A stretch of DNA of 64,000 nucleotides, taken from positions 64,001 to 128,000 of the forward strand of contig CAWDOD010000011.1 in assembly GCA_963803805.1 (NCBI GenBank). The letters run 5' to 3'. Numbering within the stretch: the stretch's first letter is position 1; every line of letters starts with the position of its first letter. The stretch comes from an uncultured cyanobacterium. Its GTDB lineage: Bacteria > Cyanobacteriota > Cyanobacteriia > Cyanobacteriales > CAWCAG01. The notes beneath the pieces are model-generated. The model searched no databases. It was not told where the DNA came from and saw nothing but the letters and a program-made list of their open reading frames with translations. The position numbers and the translations under genes are program-made. Below are positions 10,291-21,311 of this stretch, piece after piece.

Positions 10291-10926
10291 TTAAATGATA
10301 ACTGATGTTCCTAACAAACAAGCACGCTCAAAATTAGCTCCCCCTAATATTGCTCCTTCTAGTTCAGCGCAAAGTAAGTTAGCTCCAGCTAGGTTTGCTC
10401 CAGCTAGGTTTGCCCCACGCAAGTCGGCTTCTTCTAAGTTTGCTTCACTCAAACTAGCACCCTGTAAGTCAGCTTGGTTGAGATTTACCCCTTTCAGGTT
10501 CGCGTTGCTGAGGTTGACTCCCCTTAAGTCGGCTCCTCGCAAATCTACCCCTTGCAGGTTAGCTCTGGTTAAGTTCGCTCCACTTAAAAATGCTCCGGCT
10601 AAAGAAGCATTGACTAACTTTGCCCCCATTAAGTTAGCCCCTCGCAAATTACCACCCCGCAAATCAGCACGACTCAAATCTGCTTGCATTAAATTAGAAC
10701 CTAACAAATTGCCTCGCAAGTCAGTCCCTATTAATCTAGCCCCAAGTAAATTAGCCCCATCAAAACGAGCGCCTTTGAGGTTAGAGTAAGAAAAATCTGT
10801 ACCGACTAAATTAGCTCCAGATAAGTTAACCTTTTCTAACTGATGTTCGCAAAGCTCCTCATCTTCTAAATCTATGCCCGGAAATTGTTTTTCTTGGCCA
10901 GCTTTAATTGTTTCTAGATTGGTCAT
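10291..10926 (-). CDS. Pentapeptide repeat protein
   Basis: A(D/N)LxG repeats throughout. Confidence 0.95.
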   Translation of the reverse strand: MTNLETIKAGQEKQFPGIDLEDEELCEHQLEKVNLSGANLVGTDFSYSNLKGARFDGANLLGARLIGTDLRGNLLGSNLMQADLSRADLRGGNLRGANLMGAKLVNASLAGAFLSGANLTRANLQGVDLRGADLRGVNLSNANLKGVNLNQADLQGASLSEANLEEADLRGANLAGANLAGANLLCAELEGAILGGANFERACLLGTSVII

Positions 10927-10934
10927 TGATAGTA

Positions 10935-12291
10935 TTAAAGTGCATATTGAATTTTTTCTTCGGCCTCAGTATCTAGTAACCACATCCCCGCAGCTATTTT
11001 AGGCTGGTTAGCTTGAATGCCCATCCCCTGCTGCATTCCCATCACTAGCAAAGATAGTGCCTCAACTAGTTTAGGGTCGAAAACTTCTCCGGCTTTGTTT
11101 TGACAATCGGCTAAAGCTTGAGATAAGGCTTCTTTTTCGCTGAGGTTAAGGTGATCCTCGTGTTGAGAGAATTGAGTAATTTGCTCACGAAACTCCCTAA
11201 CTAAAGCCAAAATTCTTGATTCTAAGGGGATATTATCATAGGCCAGACCCGCAGGAGCGCCATTGCCATCCCAACGTTCGTATTGATGGGTGATAATTTG
11301 GGCTACGGCTTGGAGTTGGGGCATGATTCTTAAAGCCTCTACTTCTGGCACTAGAGGACAACTAGGAGCCTCATCTTTTGAGGGGACTTGGGTCATCAAA
11401 GCCGGTACAATGCCATAGAGTAAACCAGCTAAGCGCAAACGTTTGATTTGCCAAGCAGGTAAGTCTAACATTTGACCCATATTTTCTGCCAAAGCTGATA
11501 CTTCTGCTGCTGCTATGGGGTGATTTGAGGGATTGATTAATTGCGCCATACGCAAGAAGGCTTGCATTTCGTTGGAGAGGAGGTTATCATCCAATTCGGC
11601 AGAAAAAGCTTGTGCTAGGGGTTCTTCGAGCTTTTCCTGGCTAGTTTGGAGATAGGTTACTACACGAGAAACCACCTTTCCCAAATCATTACGTGGCTGT
11701 TTACCAAATTCTGCGGCGATCGCTTCTTACTTTAGCACTTAATTGACTAGCTAATTTTTGATTATATTTGTCAAGATGAGCGATCGTAATCTCTATGGTT
11801 TCCTTAACTAATTCTGGCTCAAAAGTCCAAAGACCGTAAAATTTACGCTCTAAATCTTCCTGGGGTTGCCCAGAAACACCATAGTCTTCCTCCGATAGTT
11901 CTTGACACAAAACCATTGCGGTATACTGAGCTGACATAATCATCAAATGCCATTCCTGGGCTACCGGATCATCGGTTTCCAAACTGACTAAACTAACATT
12001 ATCTTTCTGACTAGTAGGATGTTCAGCAAAACCGGCATTGGGTGCAGCCATAATCACAACTTGAGAAGACTTATCCGCCAGCCCCCCGTAACGTTCTGCT
12101 TCTTGAAGATACCATTTACCCTGCTGGAAAGCAGTAATCATAATTGGAGAACTATCAGATTCTAAAATAAAGTCCTCTAAAGCATGGCAGAGGGCGACTA
12201 AAGTATTTTTGTAATAAACTCCAAAATTGCGAGGTTCTCCGCTTTTTTGATGGGCAGTTTTTAATTTTTCTAATATTGAGCCTTGCAGCAT
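10935..12291 (-). pseudogene. DICT sensory domain + degenerate HD-GYP-type protein, split by a +1 frameshift near 11727 (real or sequencing error)
   Basis: ORF 11701-12291 is DICT-like (YYKNTLVALCHALED, QEWHL); ORF 10935-11684 is HD-GYP-like (HQYERWDGNGAP..IPLESRIL); removing one A joins them as AKV-EAIAAEFGKQPRNDLGKVV. Confidence 0.8.
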
Positions 12292-12432
12292 ATCGGTTGA
12301 TGGTTGTTAGTTGATTTAGAGTTCCTCTGTGAAGTCAGGGGAAAGGGTAAGAGTGAAAGGGGGGTTAGATTTGACTCCTTAGTATCTTTATAAGTAAATT
12401 GCTTTTTGATGGATTCAAGAAGTCTAGTGTTT

Positions 12433-14007
12433 CTATGAAACTTTGGCTAGTTGTTTTTCTGGCTTTACAGGGGCGCTCAAAGCTGTTTCCAGCTCCGTTT
12501 TACCTAAGTTCTCTTCGAGAATCTGCATCACCTCGCGACCAAAATCATTGGGGTTTTGTTGCCAAGCTTGGAGGCATACTTCTCCAAAAAAGGAACCTAA
12601 AGGTTCAGGGTTCCAAAGCAGTTTTTTAGCAGTCCAAGGCATTAAGCTCATAGGATTATAGCCAGGTTTGATGATGTCATTTTTGAAGGCATATTCTTCT
12701 AAGTGAGTATGGGGTTGTAACCCAATAAAGAAGATGGCAGGTTCAACTTTGTCTACCCCAAAGATATTTTCTAATTCTCGGTGATAGGCGATGGTTTGGC
12801 TAATGGTTTCAGGACGTTCGTCAATGACGTTGAAAGAGTAGTTGACAGAAACTATGTCATTGAAACCTGCTGCTTTCAAGTCCCGACAATTTTCTAGTAC
12901 AGTACGTAGGTTATAACCCATACGCATCTTTCTTACCAACTCCTGGGAACCGCTAGTGATGCCAATTTCAAAATAATTCATCCCTGTTTGTACCATCAAC
13001 TTGCACAACTCAGGGGTAAGATTATCAGCGCGAATATAAGCTGCCCAATGAATATCTTTCATCCCAGAAGCAAGAATTTTTTCTAACAATTCAATGGCAT
13101 CAGGAATAAACTTGCGGGCAGGAATAAATTGTGCGTCAGTGAACCAGAAATTACGAATGCCTAGCTCATAAAGTTGACGCATTTCTTTGACTACTTCATC
13201 AGCAGGGTTGATGCGTACCTGTTTACCTTCTACTACGGTATAAATACAATAGCAACAGTTATGGGGACAGCCACGCTTGGTTTGTACACCAATATAAAAG
13301 TCATTTTCCTGGAGATAGTAACTAAACTCCGGCCAAATCTTAGCTATATAATCGTAGTCACAAGCAGATTTTTCAATGGGTTCGGGCCATTCATGAATCA
13401 GGCGATCGCGGGGTTGCGTTTCCCCCACAACGTAGCACCTTTCCCCCTGGATATCTTGCCCTTTGAGCAGTTTTTCTAATAAAGTTTCCCCTTCTCCTAC
13501 AGAAACAATGGTTCCTTTTGGCAGTTGAGTTTTCATTTGTTCATAGAAAACACTAACCGCACCACCTCCAACTACAGCTTGGGCTTCAGGATGGTGCTTT
13601 CTTGCTCTTTTTAAACCCCGTTTAATTAGACCCTCGTTACGCCACAATTCACCGTAATAGGCACTAGCAACCTTTAACCCTCCTAAAGCTCCACGCAGCT
13701 TGATGAAGGGATTTTTAGCATAGTAAAGCTCGAAAGCATTTTGTAAAGGATTTCCCCCTCTACCCCCTACAGGAGCATAAATTTGGATATCGCGCCAAGA
13801 AAAAACCAATAGGGTAGGTTGAAACTCATCTATATAGTTATCTAAGGATGTTGCAAAATCTAGAGGCGGCACTGTACCCATATCGAAAATACGTTGCTCT
13901 ACCTCTGAGAATAGTTTGTGGATGTGGTCAGCTAAGTAAACTACGCCAATGGGGAAAATTGGGTTACAAGGTAAGCGAACATATAAAATCTTTTTTTCAT
14001 TTTTCAT
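12433..14007 (-). CDS. B12-binding-type radical SAM protein (cyanobacterial PSII high-light acclimation radical SAM family)
   Basis: RGCPHNCCYC (CxxxCxxC); N-terminus ILYVRLPCNPIFPIGVVYLADH; start set at MKNEKK. Confidence 0.88.
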   Translation of the reverse strand: MKNEKKILYVRLPCNPIFPIGVVYLADHIHKLFSEVEQRIFDMGTVPPLDFATSLDNYIDEFQPTLLVFSWRDIQIYAPVGGRGGNPLQNAFELYYAKNPFIKLRGALGGLKVASAYYGELWRNEGLIKRGLKRARKHHPEAQAVVGGGAVSVFYEQMKTQLPKGTIVSVGEGETLLEKLLKGQDIQGERCYVVGETQPRDRLIHEWPEPIEKSACDYDYIAKIWPEFSYYLQENDFYIGVQTKRGCPHNCCYCIYTVVEGKQVRINPADEVVKEMRQLYELGIRNFWFTDAQFIPARKFIPDAIELLEKILASGMKDIHWAAYIRADNLTPELCKLMVQTGMNYFEIGITSGSQELVRKMRMGYNLRTVLENCRDLKAAGFNDIVSVNYSFNVIDERPETISQTIAYHRELENIFGVDKVEPAIFFIGLQPHTHLEEYAFKNDIIKPGYNPMSLMPWTAKKLLWNPEPLGSFFGEVCLQAWQQNPNDFGREVMQILEENLGKTELETALSAPVKPEKQLAKVS

Positions 14008-14508
14008 TATTTTTAAAAGTGTTTTGTTAGTTAGAATCAAGAAATTTTAAGATCATTTAAGACAATATCCTTCTTAAGGATGATATAGTTTAATCTTGAT
14101 TGCCATAGGGAGTGTTATTCAGCATCAATAGCAACTGATATTTAGAAATTCACCTGAGAAAAAGGCAAGAATTATGAGAGTCTTTTTCATATAACTTAAC
14201 TTTAGCGTCATCAACCCTCGCTATCAACTAATTGGTTTTTTTTAGTGAAATAAAAATTATTTTTCTTAGCTCAAGCAAGCTCCATTAGGGACTCACTAAG
14301 CTGAGTTATAGCAAGCTTATGAATGTAGGAAGCCTATTTCCCTAAGAATTTCTTCAAAAGAGTCAAAAACAAATCATATTACCATATAAACCTATTTTTT
14401 TTGTAATAGGTAAATTCTGATTGGTATTAGGATTTACAGCCAGTCGGGATCAGTGAGTGTTAGCTTAGGAAGCGTAGTCTTTATAAAAAACAAAATTTAT
14501 CAGTTGCT

Positions 14509-14892
14509 ATGGCTCAGATTCTTGATCCTCTCCCCCAAAATGAGACAGACAGTGTACTTTGCTGCTATGTCAATGCTACTAGCCAAATTCAAATAGCCAG
14601 AATTACTAATATTGCTAATTGGTATTTTGAACGAGTAGTTTTTCCTGGACAACGCTTAGTATTTGAAGCCTTGCCACAAGCTTTATTAGAAATTCATTCC
14701 GGAGCAATGGCCAGCGCCATTCTTTCTGATACTATTCCCTGTGAGCGTTTGTGTGTAGATGAAGGTGACTTTGCTAGTCAAGAAAATTCTTCTCTATCAA
14801 ACCAGGAAAAAAGCGATAATAAAGCTCCTGTAGCCCCTAACCTTACTCAACAAAACCAATTCACAGAAGCTTTGGTTACAGCTAACGCTTGA
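14509..14892 (+). CDS. DUF1830-type conserved cyanobacterial protein
   Basis: LCCYVNATSQIQIARITNIANWYFERVVFPGQRLVFEA. Confidence 0.85.
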   Translation: MAQILDPLPQNETDSVLCCYVNATSQIQIARITNIANWYFERVVFPGQRLVFEALPQALLEIHSGAMASAILSDTIPCERLCVDEGDFASQENSSLSNQEKSDNKAPVAPNLTQQNQFTEALVTANA

Positions 14893-14933
14893 TATTTTAG
14901 ATAACCAAATAAATAACAAAAATAGTTAATATT

Positions 14934-14963
14934 AAAGGGTTGTCTTTGAGGGCAACCCTTTTT
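14934..14963 (+). terminator. Rho-independent terminator
   Basis: AAAGGGTTGTCT-TTGA-GGGCAACCCTTTTT. Confidence 0.75.
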
Positions 14964-15025
14964 AATAGCAAGCAAAGATAATAAACTAGGTAAAAATGAA
15001 GTCTCAGGATCGTTGAGGACGCAAA

Positions 15026-15460
15026 TTGAATTTACCTTCTTTTCTCTGGCTTTGGAAAATTGCAGCTTGGTCAATGGGTTTATCAAGCTTAGCCTATTTA
15101 ATACTAAGCATAAGCGGTTTTTGGCTATTTAACAGCAGAACAACTAAACGCCCCCGCCCTTCTTGGTTGCGCCCTTTCCACTACATCATCGGCACTATCC
15201 TGGTATCCTTAGTACTACTGCTACTAGCCATCGGTTTAGTGGGAACAGTAGGTCACTATGGAAATTTAGGACATTCTTGGCATTTAGCAGCAGGACTGAT
15301 AGTAGTTGCTTTGGTTTTGCTTTCAGCAGGAAGCGCAACTCAAATCAACCGCAAATCTTGGGCGAGAGCGCTCCATATAGGTACTAACCTTACTCTCTTC
15401 TGGGCTTTTTTATGGGTAAGTTTAACAGGATGGAGCGTAGTCCAGAAATATTTGCCTTAA
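15026..15460 (+). CDS. DUF4079-like 4-TM membrane protein with His residues (cytochrome b561-like)
   Basis: Four hydrophobic segments; LRPFH, GHSWH, ARALH. Confidence 0.8.
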   Translation: MNLPSFLWLWKIAAWSMGLSSLAYLILSISGFWLFNSRTTKRPRPSWLRPFHYIIGTILVSLVLLLLAIGLVGTVGHYGNLGHSWHLAAGLIVVALVLLSAGSATQINRKSWARALHIGTNLTLFWAFLWVSLTGWSVVQKYLP

Positions 15461-15596
15461 AGTCACTTGATAATAGAGAACGGGGAAAAATCAGTCCTTT
15501 GTGAGCTTAGTCAGCTATTTCATTATTAATCTATATGTAAGGAAAAGGGAGTTATTGTTAAAATAAGAAATTAAAGAGGGATAGAGGAAACAACTA

Positions 15597-15965
15597 GTGA
15601 ACAAAACAGTAATTGGAGCTATCTTAATTGCGTCAGCCCTAGCTATAGTTATAGGCTCAGCTTTAGGATTTTTGCGCCCTAACAATCGCTTTAGTAGAAG
15701 TTCTAATCAAATTGCTCCTGATGAAAATGTTGAATCTACAGAGCAAGCACCACAGTCTCCTGAAGCGACAGAGCAACAACCAACTACGACAGAAGATCCA
15801 GCAGCAGTTGCTCAACAACCCAACGCCACAGATCCAGCAGTTAACCCCGAACCTGTAATTAATCCTGAACCAACGGTTGCTCCTGCCCCTGTAGTAACTC
15901 CTTCCCCTGTCGTTGCCCCTCCACCAGTGGTAGAGGAGCAACAACCAGTAAGAGCATTGTGGTAA
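15597..15965 (+). CDS. Membrane-anchored Pro/Glu-rich protein ending in PVRALW
   Basis: GTG start after GAGG RBS, N-terminal TM helix, low-complexity linker. Confidence 0.75.
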   Translation: MNKTVIGAILIASALAIVIGSALGFLRPNNRFSRSSNQIAPDENVESTEQAPQSPEATEQQPTTTEDPAAVAQQPNATDPAVNPEPVINPEPTVAPAPVVTPSPVVAPPPVVEEQQPVRALW

Positions 15966-16142
15966 CTTTATATATATATTTCCGTAAGAGAAAGAAAGTA
16001 TGAATTGAGCATCTTGAATTGGCTCCAAATTCATGCTTTCTGCTTTTTATCAAACCTAATTTATCAAAAACTGATACCACTCTAAGTAGCTAGATATTTT
16101 TCCTCTACTAGCAACTGAGCAATTAGCAACTACTTTTAAATT

Positions 16143-16973
16143 ATGCCTTCCCTGACCATTCCTTCCGCCGCAACTTTACGCCAAGATGACCGACTAACTA
16201 TCGCTGGACGTAGCTTTTCCTCCCGTTTAATGACAGGTACGGGTAAGTATACTAGTATAGAACAGATGCAAGCAAGCGTTATTGCTAGTAAGTGTGAAAT
16301 AATTACCGTTGCGGTGCGACGAGTGCAAACCAAAGCGCCGGGACATGAAGGGTTGGCAGAGGCATTAGATTGGCAGAAAGTGTGGATGTTGCCTAATACC
16401 GCTGGTTGTAAAACTGCTGAAGAAGCAGTTAGGGTAGCCCGTTTAGGGCGAGAAATGGCAAAATTGTTAGGTCAAGAAGATAATAATTTTGTCAAATTAG
16501 AGGTAATTCCTGATCCTAAATACTTACTTCCTGATCCTATTGGTACTTTAGAAGCAGCAGAACAGTTAATCAAAGAAGACTTTGCTGTGTTACCTTACAT
16601 CAATGCAGATCCTGTTTTAGCTAAGCGTTTAGAGGAAGCCGGTTGTGTGACAGTGATGCCTTTAGGTTCTCCCATTGGTTCAGGACAGGGCATTAAAAAT
16701 GCTGCTAATATTAAAATCATTATTGAAGAAGCGAAAATTCCAGTGGTAGTAGATGCAGGCATTGGTAGCCCTAGCGAAGCTGCTTATGGGATGGAGTTAG
16801 GGGCAGATGCTTTATTGATTAATAGTGCGATCGCCTTAGCAAAAAATCCTGTAGCTATGGCTAAAGCGATGGGTTTAGCAACAGAAGCAGGAAGGTTAGC
16901 ATATTTATCAGGACGCATCCCCATTAAGGCCTATGCTACCGCTAGTTCTCCTCTAACAGGAACAGTAGTTTGA
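16143..16973 (+). CDS. thiG: Thiazole synthase
   Basis: [42 protein letters not shown]. Confidence 0.97.
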   Translation: MPSLTIPSAATLRQDDRLTIAGRSFSSRLMTGTGKYTSIEQMQASVIASKCEIITVAVRRVQTKAPGHEGLAEALDWQKVWMLPNTAGCKTAEEAVRVARLGREMAKLLGQEDNNFVKLEVIPDPKYLLPDPIGTLEAAEQLIKEDFAVLPYINADPVLAKRLEEAGCVTVMPLGSPIGSGQGIKNAANIKIIIEEAKIPVVVDAGIGSPSEAAYGMELGADALLINSAIALAKNPVAMAKAMGLATEAGRLAYLSGRIPIKAYATASSPLTGTVV

Positions 16974-17232
16974 TAGTTAGTCGTCCCTGAATAACTAATT
17001 AAATCCTGCGATCGCAAGAGTTTGAACCTCGAAAAGTAGCTCAGAAATTGCAAGCAAATGCTCAACCCCTTACAAAATCTGGAGAAAGTTCTCTGCTTAG
17101 GAGGTGTTCAAATGGAAATTTTCCAATTGGAGTTAACCTGCAATGCCTCGCAGAGCCTCTATGACATGCTAATTGGTGATCAAGCACCTCAAAATACAGG
17201 GGGTTTTTCAGGGACGACTAGTTACCGTTACG

Positions 17233-17415
17233 TTAACCCACGGCAAAATTAGAATATTCTCTAATTTTAGGGGAAAGAAATCGTTTTAGGATTTCTTTCT
17301 CACTAATCCCCTCGGCTAATAAGTCTAGAGCAATTCCATCCTCAGAACTATCTCGTTGAATCCATAGTTTTCGGTCAATAATGTCAATATGGATAATACA
17401 ACCATGAATCCTCAT
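17233..17415 (-). pseudogene. xisI: C-terminal half of an XisI-family protein
   Basis: RIHGCIIHIDII..KLWIQRD..EDGIA.DLL..GI...I...F..P..R.Y..FAVG; N-terminal half absent. Confidence 0.75.
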
Positions 17416-17416
17416 A

Positions 17417-18094
17417 TTATCTTCTCCGTCTTGAGGAATAAGAATAGTTATAATCTTCCTTCAATTGACTGCTAACTTGGGCGAAAACGTTTCTTTGTAG
17501 ATAAGGATAGGCTCCCACCCAGAGGTTGAGATTAGGGAGATAAACATCTGTTACCGCCGCTATACGGCTTAAATCTGGCTGTTTAGACAAGACAACTAAT
17601 TCTGCTACCTGTCCTGGTTTTATGCCCTTATGCAAGCGTTTGAGAGGGGCTTGGATAAGTTCTTGAAAACCGCTTTCATCTGCCACCTCTATATTAATTC
17701 GGCGTTCTCTATTTTCGACAATTACCAATTCTCCACGATTATTAACCGTTTCTTCTTCACCAATTAATTCGTCGGTAACAAAAACATCGGTAACACGACC
17801 ACGCCAAAAGCCACTATAAGGGAATTTACGATAAGCAGCGTTGCGTCTGCTAGCCCAATAAACAGGCGACCATAGCCAATATAAACCAACAATGGGACCA
17901 AGAATTATCTTTAAGCCTCCAACATTGTCTCCTAAAAAAGTACTCAATAACCAAACTACTAGAACCCCAATTACAGAAATTAGGACTCTCCTTAAAATGT
18001 CTCGCGCCTTACCCAAAACATTGGCATATTGGCTGCCAGTAGCAATGAGAGGAATAATTTGCTCAAATTTCTCCCGTGTCAAGGGAACCAGCAT
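17417..18094 (-). CDS. Conserved cyanobacterial 2-TM membrane protein
   Basis: MLVPLTREKFEQIIPLIATG, two TM helices, GFWRGRV. Confidence 0.8.
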   Translation of the reverse strand: MLVPLTREKFEQIIPLIATGSQYANVLGKARDILRRVLISVIGVLVVWLLSTFLGDNVGGLKIILGPIVGLYWLWSPVYWASRRNAAYRKFPYSGFWRGRVTDVFVTDELIGEEETVNNRGELVIVENRERRINIEVADESGFQELIQAPLKRLHKGIKPGQVAELVVLSKQPDLSRIAAVTDVYLPNLNLWVGAYPYLQRNVFAQVSSQLKEDYNYSYSSRRRR

Positions 18095-18216
18095 AAGATT
18101 TTGTCCTTACTTAGGAAAAACACTATAAACTCAGAAATCCTTAGTTTATCCTAATCTAAACTTTTACTTTACTATCTATGAGAAGGGCCTAGGCAAATGA
18201 ACGAGTTGCTTGTCGT

Positions 18217-19989
18217 TCACTTCCAACCTAACTGACGCAAAATTGGTACTAACAAATAGTGACTTACTCCTAGAGATAAACATAAACTGATGATTAACAA
18301 AATAAACAAAATTATACTTTGAATAAAATCTAACCACAAAGGGCCAGCGAATGAAAGAATATCTTGCAGTACATCCACAGGCAAAAAGCCTAGTTTGACG
18401 CAACTTGCTAGCATTGTCCAACTTCCTAAGCCCCCTACAAAAATATGGGCCAGGCGATGGCTAGATAAACCTAAACCAAGGGTAAGGGAAACTGCTGTTG
18501 CAGAAACTAATACCAGAAAGCGTTCTCCCATAGTTAAGGGAGTTGCTTGCCACAACAGCCAGCCCATACCGTAACCCATCATAGCTAATAAGCCAGATAA
18601 TAAGAAACGGCGACGCTGGCCGAATCCACCGGGTAAAGTCAAGCCCCAAGCTGCCCCTAACCCTGCCATAGCAAAGATAATTGCCTCTGCACCTTCGTTG
18701 ATTACTCCTCCGGGAAAAAGAGTGCTAGCTAGCAAATCCACCCTGCTACCTAAAACTGTAGCGTAGGTCAATACAAAGCCAATGGTAGCGCCAATGCTGG
18801 TTCCTAAGATGCCAAAAATAATTTCTCCAATGGTATCAATTAAACCAACAGTAGTTCCCCAAGCTAAGTCCCAAGTTAAGCGTAATAATTTTTTGATTGC
18901 TTTACCTATCCCAGCAACAAGATTTCCAGATTGCTGAGTAATTTGTTGCCCAACTTGTTGAGTAAACTGAGTTAAGGCTGGTGGGGCAACTATTAAGGTA
19001 GGGGCAGGGGAGTGGTTGGGTACTGGTTTGGGTAGCCTATTTAGACGTTGGCTAATTTCTTCTGTACTGGGTCTTTGGCGGCCATCTACACGAACTATAT
19101 CATCAAGAAGATTAGCTAGTTCATCTCCAACTTGTGCTTCTTGTCGCCACTGCAATTCCCCGCTCATGATATCTTCTAATTCCAGGGGATGTTTCCCTGT
19201 GAGTAAATGAATGGCAGTACGTCCTAAAGCATAAAAATCTGTTGCTGGTGCGACTCGATGCCCGGCAATTTGTTCCGGAGGACTATAACCAGAGGAAAAT
19301 AAACGGGTGGAAGTGTTGTTTATTTCTCCTTGTACCAAACCTGTATGTTTCGCACCACCAAAATCGATTAATACTAATTGCGCCATAGCAATGGCAGTAG
19401 AAGAGAGAGGAGGAATGGTTTGATTAGGGAGGTGTTGCCTTGGGGGTGAAGGGGTACGCAACATTAAGTTAGACGGCTTGATATCGCGATGAATGATTTG
19501 GCGTTGATGTAGTTCCTGTAAAATCTCGATTCCCTGGCATAACCAGTTATAAACTAATGCTTCTGGGCAGCCTTGGGGATACCTATCTAAAATATCTTCT
19601 AAGGTTTGACCATTAATTTTTTCCATTACTAAGCAAGGTAGTTGAGAGGTGCGATTGCCACCTTGTTGAATATAAAAATAGCCTTCTCTTTCTACTTTAG
19701 GAATACCGGGATGATTTAAACTAGCCATAACTTCTGCTTCTTGCTCAAATAATTGCCTAGCTTTAGGAGAAGTTACCGTAAGCACTTTGAGAACTTTTTC
19801 CTGTTGAGTCTGAAGATCCCATACTGCATAAATTGACGCAAATCCTCCTGCCCCCAATCTTTTGAGAGGGAGATAGCGATTATGCAAACACAAAGATGTA
19901 CCGCAAGTGGTACAAAAGCGATTGTTTCCCGCTTGCTCGCGCCTATGACAATCAGGATTAATACAGTAGAGGGCATTAGTAACAGACAT
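18217..19989 (-). CDS. Ser/Thr protein kinase with 4-Cys N-terminal prefix and multi-TM C-terminus
   Basis: YCINPDC..FCTTCG, LGAGGF, IHRDIKPSN, DFG, GYSPPEQ; hydrophobic Gly-rich C-terminus. Confidence 0.93.
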   Translation of the reverse strand: MSVTNALYCINPDCHRREQAGNNRFCTTCGTSLCLHNRYLPLKRLGAGGFASIYAVWDLQTQQEKVLKVLTVTSPKARQLFEQEAEVMASLNHPGIPKVEREGYFYIQQGGNRTSQLPCLVMEKINGQTLEDILDRYPQGCPEALVYNWLCQGIEILQELHQRQIIHRDIKPSNLMLRTPSPPRQHLPNQTIPPLSSTAIAMAQLVLIDFGGAKHTGLVQGEINNTSTRLFSSGYSPPEQIAGHRVAPATDFYALGRTAIHLLTGKHPLELEDIMSGELQWRQEAQVGDELANLLDDIVRVDGRQRPSTEEISQRLNRLPKPVPNHSPAPTLIVAPPALTQFTQQVGQQITQQSGNLVAGIGKAIKKLLRLTWDLAWGTTVGLIDTIGEIIFGILGTSIGATIGFVLTYATVLGSRVDLLASTLFPGGVINEGAEAIIFAMAGLGAAWGLTLPGGFGQRRRFLLSGLLAMMGYGMGWLLWQATPLTMGERFLVLVSATAVSLTLGLGLSSHRLAHIFVGGLGSWTMLASCVKLGFLPVDVLQDILSFAGPLWLDFIQSIILFILLIISLCLSLGVSHYLLVPILRQLGWK

Positions 19990-20222
19990 ACAAAGGGAAG
20001 AGGAAAGTTACAGGTTAAGAAGTTGCAGTTACATACTTCCTAACTACTATCCTAGAAGACAAGTTACTAAAGTTGATTTTACTTGACTAGTGGTCTGTCG
20101 ATTTTCAATTGACGGGTCAAGGATAAACTTTAATCGTAAAAATTATCCTCCATCTTCAAACCATTCTAATTTTTTAGTAAATCTTGATTATATTTCAAAT
20201 TCTCGCAAATAAGTACAGGTCT

Positions 20223-20561
20223 TTATTCTGCTAAATCACTTCTTTGTTGTAAAGTTTGCTCTAAATATTTTATTCTCTTTTCCTGCTCAGAAAGCCTTTC
20301 TTGTTTAGAGTTTAGTTCGTCTTCTAATTCATTAATTCTTTTATTTTTACTTAGGCTTTTGAGCTTTCTTTTTACCACTTGCGGTAGAGAAAACAAAAAA
20401 CCAACTAAAATACCTGCTCCTAAAGTTAAAAGTAGGAATAGCGCCAAAGGACCTTGAAACTGCCAAATAATAAAATTAATAGTAACACCTACAGGATTTT
20501 GTAGAGCGAAAAATACCGAGATTATGGCAATAATCACAGCTAAGACAAGTAAACTTTGCAT
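20223..20561 (-). CDS. LapA-like (DUF1049) membrane protein with coiled-coil tail
   Basis: FALQN..V.INF..W....PLAL motif, two TMs. Confidence 0.8.
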   Translation of the reverse strand: MQSLLVLAVIIAIISVFFALQNPVGVTINFIIWQFQGPLALFLLLTLGAGILVGFLFSLPQVVKRKLKSLSKNKRINELEDELNSKQERLSEQEKRIKYLEQTLQQRSDLAE

Positions 20562-20582
20562 TCAATTATTCCTTTTTAATCT

Positions 20583-21311
20583 TTAAATTTGAATATCACT
20601 ATCCTCGATTTTATCATCATCTTTATTTGGTTCTACTGGTGCTTTAAACCTATCTTGTACTTTGTCTGTAGCTGATTCTGCTGCATCTTGTAATTGCTCT
20701 ACTACTCTTCTTGGTAAGCCAATAACAGTTTGTAAATCTTTTTTTGTTTTAGCAAAATCTTCTTGGAGATAATCCTTAAAGTCCTCAATTTTGTGGTTTA
20801 CTCCTTCTTGGTATAAGTGGGGATTTTCTAAGGCAGTTTCTAAAACAATAACTCTTTTCTCTCCCACACTAGAAATTGCTACAGGAGTAAGTACATATAA
20901 GCCTTCAGCAACTCCGCGCCAACCGCTAGAAGCAAACAGATAGCCAATAATTTCTCCAGTTTCTCGAACAAATAAATAATCTACTAAGTTACCGACCTTA
21001 CTTCCTCCATCTGTCCAAATTTCATGACCGATTAATATCTCATTTTTTTCTGGTTTCTGATTAGTTTTTTCTTCTGTTGGCAAATTAACGATAATGCCAT
21101 CTTCACCAATTTTTTCTACTTGCTGCCAAGGAACTAAGTCTTTATGAATACCAAGCAAACCAGATTTGCAAATTAAACCAAGTACACGATGGGCTTGAGG
21201 ATCTAGCCAGATTTTTTCTACGTTACCAATTTTATCTGTGGTGCGGCGGTTTAAGACTAAGCGATTGAGTAATTCGCTATGTTTAGTGACTTCAGGTTGC
21301 TTGTTCATCAT
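20583..21311 (-). CDS. PRC-barrel domain protein
   Basis: Two PRC-barrel-like repeats (ELLNRLV..IGNV; LIGHEIWTDGG.KVG). Confidence 0.8.
   Translation of the reverse strand: MMNKQPEVTKHSELLNRLVLNRRTTDKIGNVEKIWLDPQAHRVLGLICKSGLLGIHKDLVPWQQVEKIGEDGIIVNLPTEEKTNQKPEKNEILIGHEIWTDGGSKVGNLVDYLFVRETGEIIGYLFASSGWRGVAEGLYVLTPVAISSVGEKRVIVLETALENPHLYQEGVNHKIEDFKDYLQEDFAKTKKDLQTVIGLPRRVVEQLQDAAESATDKVQDRFKAPVEPNKDDDKIEDSDIQI

Noticed and set aside
10295-10789. 164-aa + strand ORF
   Set aside because: Antisense shadow of the pentapeptide repeat gene
17058-17252. 64-aa ORF after thiG
   Set aside because: No recognisable motif; overlaps the xisI remnant; likely debris
20091-20119. G-U-rich hairpin TGGTCTGTCGAT..ATTGACGGGTCA, possibly an IS end
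   Set aside because: Single imperfect copy with no partner end found
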